A program made the position numbers and the translations under genes. A stretch of 64,000 bases of DNA from Nitrospirales bacterium (GTDB lineage Bacteria > Nitrospirota > Nitrospiria > Nitrospirales > UBA8639): positions 96,001 through 160,000 of the forward strand of contig OY820905.2 in the NCBI GenBank assembly GCA_963555755.3, given 5' to 3'. The notes under the pieces are model-generated. The model was given only the letters and a program-made list of their open reading frames with translations. It did not search any database and was not told where the DNA came from. This document shows positions 60,971 through 64,000 of this stretch, piece after piece; positions within the stretch are counted from its first letter, which is position 1; the number at the start of each line of letters is the position of its first letter.

Positions 60971-62161
60971 TTACCCAGAGCGCTTATCGTCGATTTCTCC
61001 CATAAATGCATTGAGAACCCCAAGAGCTTGTTCGCCCAGTTCGGGTGCTTGTTCTTCTTGCTCAGGGGCCGGTAAGGCCTCCCCTTTGGGTTGGGGGGTG
61101 ATGATTTTCATGAGATCGTCTTCGAGGTCCTCCGGCGATGGATCGATATCAGACTGAATTGCCGATAGGCGTTGAAGGGCAAAGATGGCCCGGGTATGAT
61201 TATTCCAGGCTCCGGAATGTTCGCTGTCGTGGACACGAGTGATGAGTTGCCAAAAACCCGATTCCATTTCTTCTGCCATGGTCCCGTCTGCCAAAGTATT
61301 CAGTTTTTCGAGCAGGGCTTCTTCGGTGCGTTCGATGCCGCTGATGAAACTCACAATCGACCGCTCAATGGGTTGCGTGGAAAAAGTTTGAATGGTTTTA
61401 CGCCATAGATCAGGACGAACTTCTGAGGTGTCCGGCATGGCCTTCGACGATTCTAATCGACTGTGAAGGGCCGTTAAGTAGTTGTGCAGGGCTTTGACTT
61501 TCCGACCGGATAAACTGCCCAAGGGGATTCCCCAAATATGAGCAATTTCATGATCTTGCATGGGGGTAAGCCCTGCATGTTCGAACTCGCGTTGTGCGGA
61601 AATCAACCGACGTCGTTGTCGTTCCCGACGACGGAGTAGGGTTTGATATTCAATGAACAGTCGCGTCGTCTGATAATCCTCTTTGGAAATTTCGTCTTGG
61701 TCCCATGCTTTGTCTAACCGTCGGATCTCCGGTTTTGGCAAAGCTAAAATCGAGGACTTTTTCCGATCTTCGATGGTCACAGGATCGGCTTGCAAACGAG
61801 TAGTCAGCAAGTCTTCAGCCGCATGGATGGCCGAATCAACCATCTCCATTTGCTTTTTCAGGCATTCGATTTGCAGCCAGGGACGCTCACGTTTTTGACG
61901 AAGGAAAAGGCGATATTGGTCCACACGGGCGCCCACTTCACGAATGGCTTCACCGATCCAGGGTTTAGAGGTTGGTTGGACTCCAGCCATGAATCGGGCG
62001 TCCGGTTGGTCTGCGGCTATATATTCAATATCTTCTTTGGTCACGTCCTGATATTGAAGAAGCAACAACCGAATCATGGTTCGATTTTGGACGGAGAGGG
62101 ACTCGATGGTTGCCTCAATATCTTCTCGCGGGATGGAGACTGACACTGTTGTGGTGCTCAT
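60971..62161 (-). CDS. Conserved hypothetical helical protein
   Basis: 396-aa ORF in an operon-like arrangement. Confidence 0.8.
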   Translation of the reverse strand: MSTTTVSVSIPREDIEATIESLSVQNRTMIRLLLLQYQDVTKEDIEYIAADQPDARFMAGVQPTSKPWIGEAIREVGARVDQYRLFLRQKRERPWLQIECLKKQMEMVDSAIHAAEDLLTTRLQADPVTIEDRKKSSILALPKPEIRRLDKAWDQDEISKEDYQTTRLFIEYQTLLRRRERQRRRLISAQREFEHAGLTPMQDHEIAHIWGIPLGSLSGRKVKALHNYLTALHSRLESSKAMPDTSEVRPDLWRKTIQTFSTQPIERSIVSFISGIERTEEALLEKLNTLADGTMAEEMESGFWQLITRVHDSEHSGAWNNHTRAIFALQRLSAIQSDIDPSPEDLEDDLMKIITPQPKGEALPAPEQEEQAPELGEQALGVLNAFMGEIDDKRSG

Positions 62162-62176
62162 AGCAATCCGTTCTCT

Positions 62177-62407
62177 CTAATTTTGAGGTGATGGTCCCTG
62201 CTGGTTTTCCAAATACGAGGCCACGTATTCTCTCAGTTCTTGAATGGTTCCTTTGGAAAATAAATCTCGAGGAACTTCAACCATATGGAGTTGGGATGGA
62301 TCGGCGCCACGTTCAATCGCCCATTCTTCATCAGCATACAGTGTGACGGCACCATCTTTGGCCAGGGTGACAAATAAAATATCTTTTTCTTCAGGTATTT
62401 CTTCCAT
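62177..62407 (-). CDS. Small hypothetical protein
   Basis: 76-aa acidic ORF upstream of the 396-aa gene. Confidence 0.7.
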   Translation of the reverse strand: MEEIPEEKDILFVTLAKDGAVTLYADEEWAIERGADPSQLHMVEVPRDLFSKGTIQELREYVASYLENQQGPSPQN

Positions 62408-62485
62408 GGTGCTCAGAATCCCTAGACCCTTTTGGATAGCATAGCCACGTCGAATCTGTCAAAAAAAGCCCATCGCGTAGCACCT

Positions 62486-63202
62486 TTAATGGCGATTTTC
62501 TACCAAACAACGTCTACGCCAAATGACGTATGCCGTAAAGGCCAAGAGTGAAATGAAGAACACGGTGCGAATTCGTCCGAATCCAAAGCATGCGAAGTTG
62601 GCGGTGGCATTAAGGAGGCCAAAAGCGGCATAGGCTAAATAGACAAACAAGGCCCAACGACGGAGGGTGAGAAAGCCATACCCAATGGCGATATGAAGCG
62701 CTGGTGACTGAGCTTTGACCAAGAGGCCTGGGATGCCAGTAGGTTTGCCGCAAAACACGGTCAGGTAGTATTCAGGGTTCGCCAAAATAATGTACAGGTC
62801 CATGAGGGCTGTGAACAGAAATAACCCGCCGAGATACCGAATATCATGGGCGCGATTCCAGGCGATTTTTAGTGTGCCCAATTGTCCGGGAGGAGTTGGG
62901 AGATACGCTTGGTAGGTTTGAAGGCACCACCAAGGCAAAATGATCAACATGGCAAAGAACCATCCCGCTCCTGCTCCCCCGATGGATCCGAGACCCCAGG
63001 TGATGGCTCCGAGCAGTCCTCCCGTTCCTAACACCCAGGTCATGTGAGTGGGATATCCGCGGATTAATTGCCCGAGTCCTGGAAGGACAGCAGAAAGGGT
63101 CGCGCCGAACGGAGAAACGCCGGAGTCATCTGGTGTGGGAAAATTCGATTCAGATCCCATGGGGTAACGATTCAGGTATTGAGGCTGAAGACTAACGCTC
63201 AT
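62486..63202 (-). CDS. Hypothetical membrane protein
   Basis: LSAVLPGLGQL motif and multiple TM segments. Confidence 0.75.
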   Translation of the reverse strand: MSVSLQPQYLNRYPMGSESNFPTPDDSGVSPFGATLSAVLPGLGQLIRGYPTHMTWVLGTGGLLGAITWGLGSIGGAGAGWFFAMLIILPWWCLQTYQAYLPTPPGQLGTLKIAWNRAHDIRYLGGLFLFTALMDLYIILANPEYYLTVFCGKPTGIPGLLVKAQSPALHIAIGYGFLTLRRWALFVYLAYAAFGLLNATANFACFGFGRIRTVFFISLLAFTAYVIWRRRCLVENRH

Positions 63203-63386
63203 CCTGCCCGAAGTGTTGATGATTGGTCCCTAAAAATCTTCGGCCTTCAGTCTATTCGCCTGGGTGGTATCTTTATGGGAAGGGCAAGGATAGAGGCGGA
63301 AGGGGCTTGAGGGCAAGCCGGGCAGAAGGGATCGAGGGCAAATTCGAAGGACGGAAATGTTGGCGAGTCAGAGTGGGGAAAGCATA

Positions 63387-64000
63387 TCAGCCTAAAGTAT
63401 CCGCCATTTCCTTCAAGCTCTTCATGATGCACGTGAAGATGGGAATGTCACGCTTGGTGTATCGGCTCCCCTCAGCTTCACGAAGATGCATCACCAGATC
63501 CAGAAAATCTTCGGGATGGTCCGTTTCAAAGGCCACGACAAATTCTTGGTCATCCAATCCAAAAGAATAGGTGGTGTTAAGCTTCACGGACGGGTATTTG
63601 TGCCCAATTTCAATATGCTCGTCCATCATGCCCTGGCGAGCGGCTTTGGTGAGCAAGTACCACTCTCGAGTCTTTTCGAAGGGGTACACAAAAATATACT
63701 TGCTGCGCCCTGGAGTGATTTTCAATCGGCGACTGTCTTGGTCTACATGAACATGGGTGTCGACATACACTGATCGTTTAGTCATGGAAAGATAGGAGTA
63801 CGGGGTGGTGAGGTATTTTCCCAATCCAGTGGTGAGGATCTTGGTCATTTGCTCTTGGAAGAGTTCCAGTTCATAAGAAATTCGCCAAAGGAGAAAATCG
63901 CAATCACCGCGAATCCCGACCGTGGTGTAGGGGACGATAATCACTTTTCCCGAAAATTCTTCGATTGCTCGAATGAATTCCTGCTTACCAGCTTCTCGCT
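63387..64000 (-). CDS. Chlorite dismutase / coproheme decarboxylase (ChdC/HemQ) family protein, 5' end outside the window
   Basis: YPFEKTREWYLL, MMDEH, NTTYSFGLDDQEFVVAFE. Confidence 0.88.
   Translation of the reverse strand, partial: REAGKQEFIRAIEEFSGKVIIVPYTTVGIRGDCDFLLWRISYELELFQEQMTKILTTGLGKYLTTPYSYLSMTKRSVYVDTHVHVDQDSRRLKITPGRSKYIFVYPFEKTREWYLLTKAARQGMMDEHIEIGHKYPSVKLNTTYSFGLDDQEFVVAFETDHPEDFLDLVMHLREAEGSRYTKRDIPIFTCIMKSLKEMADTLG

Overview
Bacterial chromosome segment, probably Nitrospirota/Nitrospirales (inferred from gene content and repeat families, not verified). About 1-25 kb is accessory. It holds a defence island (5' end of an AbiEi-like type IV TA gene, and an intact type II CBASS operon capV-CD-NTase-cap2-cap3), a stack of 3'-only gene remnants, a redox/detox cluster with a questin-oxidase-family gene, a six-gene DUF547-MNIO(DUF692)-DUF2063-radical SAM-ferritin-like-glycosyltransferase operon with no visible precursor peptide, and a Y1 HUH (RAYT-like) transposase gene. 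About 25-64 kb is mostly core: typA, ABC-F, signalling genes, a cobalamin uptake/salvage operon with two B12 riboswitches, alr, frr-pyrH-tsf-rpsB, a ProA paralog lacking the catalytic Cys, an IS1595-disrupted HD-GYP gene, an IS6, tRNA-Met(CAT) and a chlorite-dismutase/ChdC-family gene. Intergenic DNA is rich in MITEs, some nested with clear target-site duplications. Best candidates for undescribed systems: (1) co-oriented GGGTCA(G/A)A sites at module junctions of the accessory region, linked to the HUH nuclease; (2) the precursor-less MNIO/rSAM/diiron/glycosyltransferase operon with a structured leader. Several single-base frameshifts and a garbled duplication at about 56.5-57.4 kb look like assembly errors.
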